Counted from the stretch's first letter, positions 44,852 to 59,380 are shown. The stretch is DNA of 64,000 bases from Eledone cirrhosa (GCA_964016885.1 OZ024743.1:293198001-293262000), one strand, 5' to 3'. Numbers and translations: made by a program. The notes: generated from the letters alone by a model not told the origin.

Positions 44852-47800
44852 TATTTTATTTTCAGTTATAATTAAAATCAATCAAATTATTTTGTTAATT
44901 AATATACTAATTTGTTTTCTTTCTGCCGTTTTGGACATAATCAGTATGGGTCTCATTAATGTTTTAATTGACTGACTATATTTGGTACGAACACTGCTAT
45001 CTGTTCCCCATGAATTGTTTACATTTCATAATTGAAACAACGTTCTTTTGTGCTATTTTTTGTTGTTCCCAAAAATAATGTTAAAAACAACATCTATAAG
45101 CTCCGTTCGTCTCGCGTGAGAAACCAGCCGTATTATTAGAGACGGTTGTTTCTAATAGAACTGCCCGCAATGCAAATCAATTATTGCTAGGAACCTTATA
45201 AATATAATTGTTTCTACTTTAAGCTCAAGGCCTGCAATTACTCAGTACATTACTGGTACTTTATTTTATCGACCCCGTATAAATATAATACACAAAAAAG
45301 CACAAAAAAGATATCAAAGCGAGAACCCCCCGCCACACACACACACAACATCAATTCAACACCAGGTCCGTCAATTGGTCACGCACCACAAAAGTCATCG
45401 GACATTTTTTAGGCAGGCCAACACGTCTGCACGGCAATTTAGTTTTCATCGCCATGTGAAGGCTGAAAGTATTTACAACCTCAATTATATTTTAACAAAT
45501 GAAAGTATCCCCCCCCCCCCCCGCAAAAAAAAAACCCGCTCTAGAAGTATTTTAATTTCATCTTCACATTTTATTAGTGAAATTATTTACAATCTCATCT
45601 ATATCTATTATATCCTTCCATACTTCACAATCCTGACCGGCAATCTACAGGAACAGCAACAATTTGAGCAAACTTGCCATGTATGGACATTTGGGTATAT
45701 AATATATAATAGTTGATTGTACATGGAGTTTAACCTAAGCTGTTATACTAATTGACCAATTTATCTTGAGTCTAAAAATATAATATTGATGTAACTAATT
45801 CGAGAAACGATCAAGTAGGCATTCTGTAAGTTAATCGTTAAAGCAGCAAGCTTGGCATAACTATAGTTTAGTCACCTCGACCATTTTTGTTACTTTATAA
45901 CTTTCTTAATTATGCATATTTTTCTAATTAAATTTTTGCAGATACGCTTTCAGAGCTGTAGATTACTATTACTATATTGATGAACCCCCCCCCCCCCCCC
46001 GCACCACACATAATTCATACTTGTAAAAATGATATTATGTTCCTGAAAAAAAATTGTTATACTGATTGATATTGGAAGGCATGATGAAAATATTTCCGAG
46101 TTTACGTGTAGCCTACTACAATCATAGATCAAAAGTATTCGATAAATGAAAGCATTAACGAACGGAAGTACACATTAATGAAAGTATCATGTTCCCATAT
46201 TCATTTCAAAATAATCATTTATATATATATATAGTCAGTAGTAGAGGTGATAGCGATGGCACTAAACTATAGTTATGCCATTTCGCGTTGAAAATCTCAG
46301 CTGTTAATCGTTCATCATTGTATCACTGCGTTCGTCGCCACCACCGCTGTTTTACGTTCGTTTTCTTCTCTTTTTCTTCCCCTTTTTAAAGATATCACCA
46401 CATCTTATTGTGCAGTGACGATGTCCGTGGTAAGACTAAAAAAAAAAATCATTCTATCTTGTATTAGAATTTTAAACAAATTATATCTATCTACAGCAGT
46501 TCTCGGTATTCGAGCCAACGAGAAAAAAATCTGCGTGGTCACTTGACCAGCTAGAAATAGCAACCAAATCTATCTCCCAAATTGTAATCCATCGTCTTAC
46601 AAAAAGACACATTGGAGGCTGAACAACAAGGTAGTGGATTGGCAGAATTGTTAAAGCATCGGGTGAGGTCTGATACTCTTCGCATTCTGAGTTCAAATCC
46701 TACTGTTGCCTACCTGTGTGGTAGGCTCAATCCATCACTCAGTTTATCACCACTACCTGGCCCTTGAGTGTTGTTAGCAGAGTCAACTCTGTTGTAAGAT
46801 TTCGATCAGGTCTCCAGTATAATTATGCCTTCCACCCACTTTCTCTCACTTCTAGTCGTCTCAGAGACCCTACTAAGGGTTAAATAGACTGCTCTTCCCT
46901 CTCTGTCGAAACAGTAAAAATAAACTAAAAACATTTGGATATCAAGTGTAACGGCAGCCACATACCCTCAACATCTATACACATTTTTTTCTTCATCTTT
47001 TCTGGAGCTTTGCCAAAGCATTAGTTTGTGTGTGTGTGTTTGTGTGTGCATAAATATATACACAGACGCACATAATTTCTGCAGAAAATAACCTGGCCAT
47101 GAAATAACACATCCAGCATCTGGGGTATCTCAAGGGTAGTGATCTGAAGGAAACAAACACAAACACCCCAGCTGGAAAGCCAACAGACTTATTTCTACAG
47201 TTTCAACGATATTTACTAGTCTTTACTAACTCACCCTATCCACCACCAATATATCTACCCAGGTGAAAAATAAATGGATTTACAAACTGCAGTTTGGTAG
47301 ACTGCTAGCTAATTCTTACTACTATTACTACTACTGGTTGCTTTAGTCTTTTGCTGGTACACCTCTTAGTTCTTGTGTCTTTAATCCTTTTGTTTCAGTA
47401 TTTTTAATGAAAGACGCCTATAATTTTCAAATCATTTTATAAATCATCAAAAATTTGGAAGGATTTAGTAATAAAATCTCATTATTAAATTACAATTTGA
47501 AACGTAACTAAAAGGTTTTTAAATAAATATAAAGACTTTAAAATAAACAGCTTTGTCTTGTAGAGCCAGGCTTGGTCTCGAGCAGATTCCTCTTTTTTCA
47601 TCTTTTTGTCTGTGGTCTTCCATCTACTTTTTTCATATGCAATCCACTTTTGTCCTGTTGTGTTGTTTACATACTTCTATTGTTTACTGAATTCTCTTGT
47701 TTACCATGTCTGCAGTTGTTTACCATGTCTTGTGTTCTTTACTATTTCTTATGTAATCTTCCTTTAGTCCTTACTTTTTTATAAACTTGTTAAAATAAAA

Positions 47801-48389
47801 GCGATGTGTTAAGTAGAATAAAAGTTAAGTTTTAAGTATATAAGATAATGGACAATCTATACATAGGTCATAAGTTCAGGCAGTGAATTAGCAGTCATTA
47901 GAGTATTGGATTAAATGCTTTGCATTATGTCCATATAGTGCTATTAAACTGAGCGGCAGATTAAGTCTACTACCATAGTGGGCCACAGCAGGATTTGATC
48001 TCAGAATGCTAGAACAAATGTAACAAGGCATTTTATCATACATTATAATGCCAATTATCAGCCTAAGTTATTTCACAATCATTTTAGTAAAAGAAAGAGT
48101 GAAAGAGTAATATTGGGATGATGTAATCCAACATATATTATGTCTGTAAAAGAAAGAAAAGATAAATACAAGATGGTGGGTTTTTTTTTATTTTAGAATT
48201 CTTTGAAATTCTTTTCAATCAGGGTTGATCTAGGGTATGTATGTGTGTGTGTTTATAAATAAATATATAAAATAAATAAAAATAATTGAATGAAAATAAA
48301 AGAAAAAAAATTTGGCAGGGATATTTTTGCAAGGACAATAATTGAATTGGCACAGCAGTTTATCTGAAATGTGCACGTGAGCATGCAAG

Positions 48390-48437
<48 letters not shown>

Positions 48438-50144
48438 CCCCACATGTTTGTATAAGAAGAGTGAAGATGACGAGGAGAAAGTAAGGTTTATTAAGTGAAG
48501 CATTAGAATGATGTTGATTGTGGTAGCGTAGAAGCCAATAACGGTAATGGGTATGGTAGTAGTGTCAATGGTTGTGGTGGTATTGTCGATGTTGCTGATG
48601 GTTGTGGTGGTATTGTCGATGTTGGTGATGTGGTTTTGGAGATGGCTCTGGTGGTGTTGGTAGTTGTGGTTCTACTTTCTGTACTTGTATATCTCTACAC
48701 TACCTCTATTTTCTAACCTTATCCACCAATACCCTTCATTACTGTCACCGATGACAGTGCTGTCATTGTCCACATTGCTATCACTGCTATCATTGTTGTC
48801 ATCATATTCTGTCATTTCAAATGTTTACTGGAGTTCAATAAATTGTGAAGACAAATTTGGATGTTGGTGTAGAGGATGGAATTGACATTTTTCTTGTTCC
48901 TCATTCTTTCTCCACCTCTGTTATTTATGACAGAATCTTAAAACCTTGTCCTTTTTCATATTTGAAGAGGGTCGTGTAGGGTGTTCTTCCACTTTTGAGG
49001 TTCTGGTGGCTTATAATATCTATTCCCCCTCTTTCAACTTCATCGTCATAGATTTTAATGTACTTCTAGTTTCTAAAGCCCGTTTCCATCACTGATTATG
49101 TCCCTTTATATTCTGAGTTCAAAACTGTAGTAATTACCTTTTTCATACCAATCCAGCGAAAACCAGCTCCCGTCTAATGAAATAAAGCCACTCATTTTAA
49201 ATTAAAGTTTTTTTTACAACTATTATCTTTTAAAGGTGTTAACCCTATTTTATAGTATCTATGTACTTGAGCACATGATCCTTTATACTTATATATATAT
49301 ATATTCTCAGCGCTTAAAAGTCCTAGAATTCAGCTTACATACAAACAAATAATAATTTTAGTAAATATATCTGAATTTTTCTTTAGTTAATTTGAATAGT
49401 GTATTTCATTATAAATATGGTAAAAAAAGAGTAGCATTAAATCTTTCTAGGTGTCAATAAAATAAACTAGCAGTTAAATACTGGAGTTGATTTGATTGAC
49501 GACGTCCCTCTCCCAAATATATTGCCTTATATCTGTTAGAAACATTTATTATTACAATCAATGTGAGTCAGTGTCAGATTCAGTAGAACATTGAATAAAA
49601 CGCTTATTGGTATTTACTTGTATCCCTCTAAGTTCTGTGATAAACTCCTGCCTTAGCTTAACTTTGGCATTCATTATCTTTGAGTGGTGGTTGTGGCGGT
49701 GGTAGTGGAGGGGTCTCTCCTTAAAATCTGTACTGACCTAGTGTTTCACAAGAACAAAACTTTTAAAAGTTTGGCACTCTTTTATATACCAAGCTGGCTA
49801 TCTTCCATGTTTCTTTTATATATTTGAATGAATATATAAATTCTTGTATGAAAGTGAACATCATATTTTTATTTACCTGTCCATTTCTGCATGATAAATG
49901 GTTGACACTTTTCACTTGCAATGTATTCAAATGCGGATATTAATCAACAGCAGTGACAAGCATTTAATCCTTTTCGTACCAACCCAGTCAAAACCAACTC
50001 TGGTTCTATGAAACCTAACCAGCTACTTTAAAGGGTTCCAATTTAAATTAAAATCTTTGTAAAACATTTTATAAAAGAACCATTACTATCTTAATAATGA
50101 AATAACTAATTTTGGTAAATCCGTTAAAATGTCATCGCTGTAAT

Positions 50145-50449
50145 ATGGTTATGTTGGTGACGTGACTAAAAGCACCCAATCCACACTGTAAAGTGGTTAT
50201 GTTGGTGACACATCAAAAAGTGCCTAGTTCACGCTGTAAAGTAATCGTGTAGGTGTTGCAACAAAAAACACCCAGTGCATACTGTAAATGTGGTTGGCAT
50301 TAGGAAGAGCATCCAGCTGTAGAAACCAAGCCAAAATCAGTCCTGTATGAGCTATACATGGTCATCTGATCTGGCTTGTGTTACAACAGGTCAACTCATC
50401 TAACACGTTAGCATGGAAAAATTGAGTTTAAACCATGATGATGATGATG
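50145..50449 (+). mobile_element. RTE 3'-UTR-related repeat (truncated LINE or partner SINE tail)
   Basis: Tandem AAAAGCACCCA...CACTGTAAA units, TGGTTGGCATTAGGAAG.GCATCCAGCTGTAGAAA, (GAT)n tail. Confidence 0.75.
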
Positions 50450-51051
50450 CTTAGTTTAAATATTGTATGTTATTAGAAATACGGTAACAAAAGTGTTTAA
50501 GACCACTTTCCCTGCTAAAACAGAATGATCCTTGCAGGTCTCGTGATATGGGGTCATTTCTGAAGTAATGTTTTACAGGTACATGGCCTTCCTGTTGCCT
50601 CTGACAACATGCATATTCTGGCATTAGAAAAAAAATAAAATAAAACATTTAAGAAAGATCAATTTTGTTTTGGGCTTAATGGAGTAAGTCTAACTATAAA
50701 GAAAAATCTCTGGGTAAGAATTAACAGATGTTATTGCCGAAATTGTGGCATAAGTTTTTCCAAAGACCTAATGTATAGTATTAAACCCTCTCTCGCACTG
50801 TGTAATAGTTACAGCTGGCTGAAGTTTGTAAAAATAATTGAATACACATGTTTTATGGTAAATTGTGTTAATATACACATACAAAGCTGTATTATTCACG
50901 TGGTTGACTAGACTGAAGTCTGGAAGCCCCACAAGATCTAGAAGCATATCAATTTTTTTTTTTTTTTGCTGGGGCACTGTAACCTCTCCCCTAGGGTTCA
51001 AATAGTTAAGGGTGGTGAAAAATATTTGAACGTCTCGGGACTCATACCAGA

Positions 51052-51325
51052 ATATCATCATCATCATCTCTGTTTCACATACTTGCATGGGTTACAGGAG
51101 TTGTCCTGCTTTAAAGGTAAGCAAGTCAGGTGACTGCAGCTTGCTCATACATTCCATTCTGCCATGGTTTCTATGGCTAGATGCCAACCACTTCACAGCA
51201 AGTACTAGGTGCATTTAATTGTAGCACCAGCACTACCACCTGCCAAGGTGGAATAGGTGCATTTTATTGTAGCACAAGCACTACCACATGACAAAGTGAA
51301 CTCGGTGCTTTTTATTGTGGCACCT
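51052..51325 (-). mobile_element. RTE 3'-UTR-related repeat
   Basis: (ATC)n followed by the reverse complement of the same 3' module. Confidence 0.65.
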
Positions 51326-51580
51326 TTACTATATATACATATATATATACACACACAGACATACAGACACACATATATAATTTTCTCGAAGTATTTATAA
51401 AATCTGATTTCTGCATGTTTTCAAAATCAAATTCTTTATTCTAAGAAACTAATTATTTCTGTCTATCATCGAGTGTTGAATGGCCCAGTCCAGATTTATT
51501 GGCTCATGTTACAACAGGCAACGATCATGGTGTGTATATACTTGTGCAAACAACACAGTACAATGAAGAAATATATTAGT

Positions 51581-51613
51581 TTAATGTTTCAGACTCTCGT
51601 CCTTCATCAGAAG
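51581..51613 (-). ncRNA. Minimal hammerhead-ribozyme-like motif (Penelope pLTR type, degenerate)
   Basis: Minus strand CTGATGA-A-GGAC-GAGA-GTCT-GAAAC-ATT-A. Confidence 0.55.
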
Positions 51614-53836
51614 ATAGAATGAAAAACAAAGATAAAGAGTGAGTAGAAGAAGGAATGTAAAAGAAATTTAGGGGGAATATATATATATATATATATATAT
51701 ATAACCTTTGGCTTAAACTTCTGAAAACTTAGACCTAGAAACAGAGAAAAAAAAAATGTTTATACCTTCTGCCTTAACTTCTGAAAACTTAAATAAAGGA
51801 TGATTTCTATTGGTTTACATTCTACTGTTGTTTCTTATTGAGTGTGCCAAACTGTTGATCACATGATGCTTACCGACTCTGCCACTCTATTTTTCTTATA
51901 TATTACCTCTGGCTTCAACCAAGAGATGCCAACAAAAGCTGCAGCTTCTTCAAACTTCACCTTCAGCTTCTTCAACCGTTAACCAACGTTAATGTTTTTG
52001 GCGTGAAAATATCTCATACGGATTCACTGATGAAAGTCTTTACAACTGAAAATTTTAAATAAAACACTTTATATCTTCATATACATTGTCTGGGCTTTTA
52101 AGTCATTATATATATATATATATGTGTTTATGTATGTATGTGTATATATATATATATATATACACATAGATACGTGCATAAAGATATCCTTTTCACATGT
52201 TTCTCTATGCTTGCACCAAAAGACATAAAATCAATGATATATGTATGTACACATAGAAACACACACACAGGGGACAGAGCATGCCAACCTTCAAGCCAGT
52301 CTGTCTTAGACATTAACATGAATGTTTATATAAACATCTCAATGAATATTATCTTCAGCACCCTTTCACCATTGACATTCTTGCTATATTTTGCATTTTT
52401 AAGAGAAGGGCTACAAATGTAATAAAGAAAAAAAAATGTCTGCATTTTGTTGAATAGTTGTGATAAGATACATCAACAATGGAGACAGCAGAAGAAGACA
52501 CTTTGTATTTATATATGTTTTTAAATGCTACGTGATGCAACTAACGTAGACACATCCTGGGTCATTCGCGTAGTACCTGGTACATTGCACTCACAGTGAC
52601 CTGCTGCAGTTCATATTTGTCTTTCTCACTTTTGAGGCTTCTCATTGAAAGCAAATAAAGATAAGCGACAAAAGCTGTGGTGGTTGTAATTATGGTGGGG
52701 GTGGTCCTTGTGGTTGTGGTGATAGTAGTGATGGTAATTTGTTTTTGTGGCAGAACTGGTGTTTGTGGTGGTGGTGTGTATGGTAGTTGTGGTTATTTGG
52801 AGGTGGAATTGGGGGTGTTTGTTGTGGTGGTGCTTATGGTAGTTGTAGTGTTGATTTTTATTTTAAAAAATTTTTTTTTTGTGTTGGGGATGGGGCTGAT
52901 GTTTGCTATTATAGCTGTGTTTGCTGTTGTGGTTGTTGTAGTTGTGGTTATTTTGGTGTTGATGGTAGCTGTGGCTGATATGGAGTGGTTGTAGTCATGG
53001 TGGCAGTTGTGTTTAGTGTTGATATGATTAAATTTATCATGATTATTGAATGGTGGTGGTGTTTTGGTAGCAGTTACTGTGGTGATTCCGGGGTAGATAT
53101 TGTTATAGCCCTTTCTTACATAGACATATATAGAGATTCATAGACCTACATCATCATCATCATCATCAACCTGCAAATTAATAAGGTAGCATTGTTACCC
53201 CATCCCCTAAAAACAACAGCCACATCTCTCAAATCATACTCTTGTGATACAAGTGGCAGGCACACTTATCATTAAAACACCAATGTAATCTCATAAGAGG
53301 TTAGCTAAATCATCATAGGTGTAAGTTGCAACAAGAACAACAAATCATGCTCCACCATCTTGAAAAATGACACAATGAACAATGTAGTTCTTTATATATA
53401 AAAACAAAACAAACAAAAAACAAAAACAAAACAAGATGGTCACGACTGGAATGGTTTTCTTAATAGGTCTGCTCTATCAAAATTTATCTGGGGATAAACA
53501 ACAGCATTATCATTATTTCAAGATATCTTTTTCCTTGCAGCTATGGGTTTCATAAGTCTGCTCTCCAGGACATCACCAATCACCATCTTCTTCCTGTCAT
53601 CTTGTCTTCTAAATATCTAACATCTTAAGCCACTTCTTCACCACATCTTTTCCATATTCTCTTTGGTCTTCACATATATCTTAGTTATCTTTATGTATAA
53701 ATCACTTTAAAAAAAATCATGTATAATATATACATACATCATATATATATGTATATATACGTGTGTGTCATATATTTCATGTACATGTATGTGTGTATAT
53801 ATGTATATATTAAAGAAATATGTCCATTGATATCTG

Positions 53837-53868
<32 letters not shown>

Positions 53869-53883
53869 ATGTGCATGTGTATA

Positions 53884-53919
<36 letters not shown>

Positions 53920-53969
53920 GTGCATGTATATATAATTATATATATATATATATAAAGTGCATTTATATA

Positions 53970-54019
<50 letters not shown>

Positions 54020-54255
54020 GTGCATATATATATATATAATTATATATATAAATATGTGTGTGTGGTTCTTTCACACAATAATTACCTCTATATCTCCTTA
54101 TTTCAAATGAGATGAGAAGACAACAATGCCCAATGGCTACAGACTGAACTAGGTGTGTGTATGCGTGTGTATGTATGTAGGTGAGTGTGTAAGTGTGCTG
54201 CATCCGCTAGTTCACTCACCTGTCAAATACAGAATCTGAGATTCTGAAATGAAGT

Positions 54256-54325
<70 letters not shown>

Positions 54326-55019
54326 TCAAGAGTATGAAATAAGTCAGGTGTGGTCTGTTGGGAAGTTGTTATGAAGAAGAAATTCTGAGGTGAGATAAAC
54401 AGAATTGAAAGATAAAAGATACTTGACCCATTTTACCTCACTGTCCTTTTCTCCCTATCTTGCATTCTTCTCTCTCTCTCTCTTCATCTTTCCCCTTTCT
54501 ATCTCCCATGGTTTCATATACACATGCAAATTCATACAGTTCCATATATACGTTCACATATATACAAGCACATGTTTAGGCACTGCAGCATAAGCGCACA
54601 TTCTTTTATACTCACACATAAAATGTATATACATATCCATAATATCCGTATGCGTGTGAATGTATATTATGTTCAGCTTGTCAGTTTTTGTTTTGTGGAA
54701 GAGTTTTATGGCTGGATGCCCATCCTGATACCAACTCATTTCATCACTTCCTATGACACTTGGTGGTATGGTATATATATATATTCTAAAACTAAAATAA
54801 ATATGTGTGTGTTAGTAAATATTCTCTTTATCTGATATTTTGTAACTACCCTTACATAGATCGATATCGAAGCATAGTTACGATGTATTATCATCACCTA
54901 GAAACGATCGTAAAGCAGTGAAGTATATTTCTAATGACTTGATTTTTTATTTCATTGTTTTAACTTATATATATATATATATATAAATATATATAAATAT
55001 ATATAAATATATATACATA

Positions 55020-55073
<54 letters not shown>

Positions 55074-55094
55074 AATATATATATATAAATATAA

Positions 55095-55145
<51 letters not shown>

Positions 55146-55202
55146 AATATAAATATATATATATAAAAATATATATATATATAAATATATATATATATAA
55201 AT

Positions 55203-55235
<33 letters not shown>

Positions 55236-55376
55236 AATATAAATATATATATATAAAAATATATATATATATAAATATATATATATATACATATAAAAAT
55301 ATATATATATATATATATATAAATATAAATATAAATATATATAAAAATATATATATATATATATAAATATATATAA

Positions 55377-55409
<33 letters not shown>

Positions 55410-55508
55410 AATATAAATATATATATAAAAATATATATATATATATATATATATAAATATAAATATATATATAAAAATATATATATATATAAATATATAT
55501 AAATATAA

Positions 55509-55539
<31 letters not shown>

Positions 55540-55598
55540 AAAATATAAATATAAATATATATATAAATATATATATATATATAAAAATATATATATAT

Positions 55599-55666
<68 letters not shown>

Positions 55667-55736
55667 ATTTTTATATATATAAATATATATATATATAAAA
55701 ATATATATATATATATATATAAAAATATATATATAT

Positions 55737-55771
<35 letters not shown>

Positions 55772-55776
55772 AAAAT

Positions 55777-55813
<37 letters not shown>

Positions 55814-55900
55814 AAAATATATATATATATATATATAAATATAAATATAAATATATATATAAAAATATATATAAATATAAATATATATATATATAAAAAT

Positions 55901-55931
<31 letters not shown>

Positions 55932-55936
55932 AAAAT

Positions 55937-55991
<55 letters not shown>

Positions 55992-55996
55992 AAAAT

Positions 55997-56033
<37 letters not shown>

Positions 56034-56094
56034 AATATAAATATATATATATATAAAAATATATATAAATATAAATATATATATATATAAAAAT

Positions 56095-56206
<112 letters not shown>

Positions 56207-57462
56207 GCTGAAGGCATCTGGCACGGTGGGACACACCATGGTCACCCGCATAGTTAACCAAGTCATACAGAATGGGGTTGTTCCGAAGGACTGGCATAGC
56301 AGCATCATCGTTAACTGTTATAAGGGTAAAGGAGACGCCCTAGATAGGAGTAACTATAGAGGCATTAAATTAATCGACCAGGTCATGAAGGTCACGGAAA
56401 AAGTAATAGCGCAACTAATCAGAGAGAGAATTGATCTAGATGAAATGCAGTTCGGGTTTGTGTCAGGCAAAAGCACCACAGACGCTCTTTTCATAGTACG
56501 ACAACTACAGGAGAAGTACCTAGCTAAAGGTAAACCCCTCTACTTAGCTTTTGTCGACCTGGAGAAAGCCTTCGACAGAGTCCCCCGCTCCATTATCTGG
56601 TGGGCTCTTAGAAAACTAGGCGTTGATGAATGGCTTGTGAGGGCTATACAAGCCATGTATAAAGAAACAGTCAGCAAGGTTAGAATTAACAACGAATATA
56701 GTGAAGAGTTTAGCGTAAAAGTTGGCGTCCATCAGGGCTCTGTTCTCAGCCCCCTACTATTTATTATTGCCCTTCAGGCTATAACAGAGGAGTTCAAGAC
56801 AGGCTGCCCATGGGAACTCCTATACGCAGACGACCTGACACTCATAGCGGAATCAATGGCCGAGCTAGAGAAGAAATTCCAAACATGGAAGCACGGCCTA
56901 GAGTCAAAAGGACTTAAAATTAACCTGGCTAAGACCAAAGTTCTAGTTTGTAGGAAAGAAAACAAGGCGGCGGTCCCTTCTGGGAAATGGTCGTGCTCGG
57001 TATGTAGGAAAGGCGTAGGTAGAAACTCCATCTTATGTCCTAAATGCAAAGTATGGGTGCATAAAAGATGTAGTGGGATCACAGGTAAGCTAACTAAGAA
57101 CATAGACTTTACATGTGACCGGTGTTCTGGTGCAATAAGTAGCAGCAAGTGCCCACAAAATACTAGCTCTTTCAATTGCGCAGAGGGTTCTATAGAAATA
57201 GTGGACAGCTTCCGTTACCTGGGCGATAAAATCAGCAGTGGGGGAGGGTGCTCTGAAAGTACTGTAGCTAGAGTCAGAACTGGTTGGAAAAAGTTCAGAG
57301 AGCTTATACCACTATTAGCTGCTAAAGGGTTCTCCCTAAAAATGAAAGGCAGGTTGTACGATGCCTGCATACGAACAGCAATGTTGCATGGTAGTGAGAC
57401 CTGGGCATTGTGTGCAGAGGATATACGCAGACTAGAGAGGAACGAAGCTTGCATGCTCCGCT
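56207..57462 (+). mobile_element. RTE-clade LINE reverse transcriptase fragment, 5'-truncated and interrupted at 57462
   Basis: Open frame with NYRGIKL, FVDLEKAFDRVPR, GVHQGSVLSPLLF, LLYADD, FRYLG and MLHGSETW. Confidence 0.93.
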
Positions 57463-58098
57463 ATAGTAGGTAAAGTCAATTTTTTAAAATTTATTTTGAA
57501 ACTTTTTCATTATTTACTAAACCTTGTTTATATTTGTTCTGGCTCGTTAATTTATTAACCCGCCATTGAACCACACTGGCACTTGGTTGGACAATACATG
57601 CGTACCTTGGCGCCTTGTGCGTGAAAGGACGTATTTCATATTACTACTACCTCCACAAACGTTGAGAACAAACCGGGTCATTCCGACTGCTGCTGATAAC
57701 AGCGGTGGCTAGTTTGACCTACCTCCTTTTGCCTCTATCTTTACTACGGCCCTTGATAAACCTGTTCTACATCATCCACTCTCATCCCAGGAACAGTCTT
57801 TGATAGCGCTAGTTTGTGATTTAAATTCAGGAATTTTATATTCTTTGAATGAAAAGAACCTTCTGACGAGAATCTCTCTTTGCAACGAAGGCCGTATGGC
57901 CTACGTTTTATTTTTGGGATTCGAAACTAAAGGTAACTATAGTAGGTAAAGTCAATTTTTTAAAATTTATTTTGAAACTTTTTCATTATTTACTAAACCT
58001 TGTTTATATTTGTTCTGGCTCGTTAATTTATTAACCCGCCATTGAACCACACTGGCACTTGGTTGGACAATACATGCGTACCTTGGCGCCTTGTGCGT
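57461..58098 (+). mobile_element. Retrozyme-like element: 1.34 copies of a 476-bp non-coding unit
   Basis: 57461-57622 appears identical to 57937-58098; the unit contains a type I hammerhead. Confidence 0.75.
57858..57947 (+). ncRNA. Type I hammerhead ribozyme (predicted cleavage GUA, after 57944)
   Basis: CTGACGA (57863-69); stem II GAATCTC/GGGATTC; GAAA (57923-26); stem III ACTA-a-AG-gtaa-CT-a-TAGT; then A; weak stem I ACC/GGT. Confidence 0.75.
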
Positions 58099-58099
58099 C

Positions 58100-58133
<34 letters not shown>

Positions 58134-58177
58134 AAATATATATATATATATATATATATAAATATGTATAAAAATAT

Positions 58178-58210
<33 letters not shown>

Positions 58211-58240
58211 AATATATATATATATTAATATATATAAATA

Positions 58241-58397
58241 TGTAAATGTGGTTGGTGTTAGTAAGGGCATCCAACTGTAGAAAACCTGCCAGACAGTCCT
58301 ATGCGAGCAAGACAATCACTCTTGCCTCAAGTGGGACTAACCCCGTCCAAACCCATGCAAGCGTGGAACACGGACGTTAAACGTTGATGATGATGAT
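58241..58397 (+). mobile_element. RTE 3' terminus with (GAT)n tail
   Basis: Near-identical to 40603-40760. Confidence 0.9.
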
Positions 58398-58410
58398 ATA
58401 TATATATATA

Positions 58411-58446
<36 letters not shown>

Positions 58447-58481
58447 AAAATATATATATAAATATATATATATATATAAAA

Positions 58482-58538
<57 letters not shown>

Positions 58539-58607
58539 AATATATATATGTAAAAATATATATATACAATAATACATATACATATATATATGTAAAAATA
58601 TATATAT

Positions 58608-58662
<55 letters not shown>

Positions 58663-58671
58663 TATATAAAA

Positions 58672-58702
<31 letters not shown>

Positions 58703-58802
58703 AAAATATATATATAAATATATATAAAAATATATATATATATATATATATATAAATATATATATAAATATATATAAAAATATATATATAAATATATATA
58801 TA

Positions 58803-58833
<31 letters not shown>

Positions 58834-59134
58834 AAAATAAATATATAAATATATATAAAAATATATATATATATATAAATATATTTATATATAAATATAT
58901 ATATATTTATATAAAAATATATATATATATAAGTTAAAACAATGAAATAAAAGATCAAGTCATGAGAAATATACTTCACTGCTTTACGATCGTTTCTAGG
59001 TGATGATAATACATCGTAACTATACTTCGATATCGATCTATGTAAGGGTAGTTACAAAATATCAGATAAAGAGAATATTTACTTACATGCATATCACCAG
59101 CTGTTGTCAAGCCCCACAACTTACCATGAATATC

Positions 59135-59175
<41 letters not shown>

Positions 59176-59332
59176 CATGAACTTCTTCACATAATTGTGT
59201 TAATGTCTGATAATGTCACGCAGGTGCTAGTGCCACTGAAATGTGTATTATTCAATAAATATAATTATGTATAATCTGTTTAACATCAATTTCACGTATA
59301 CATACATACACAAGAGCAAGAAGAAGAAAGAA

Positions 59333-59380
<48 letters not shown>

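Noticed and set aside
52677-52994. Val/Gly-rich hydrophobic ORF
   Set aside because: Degenerate (GTG/GTT)n low-complexity repeat
53533-53620. Possible exon 2 after the acceptor TTCCTTGCAG (similar candidates at ~28550 and ~36935)
   Set aside because: Phase-1 continuation hits a stop within ~25 codons and shows no Ig-like motif
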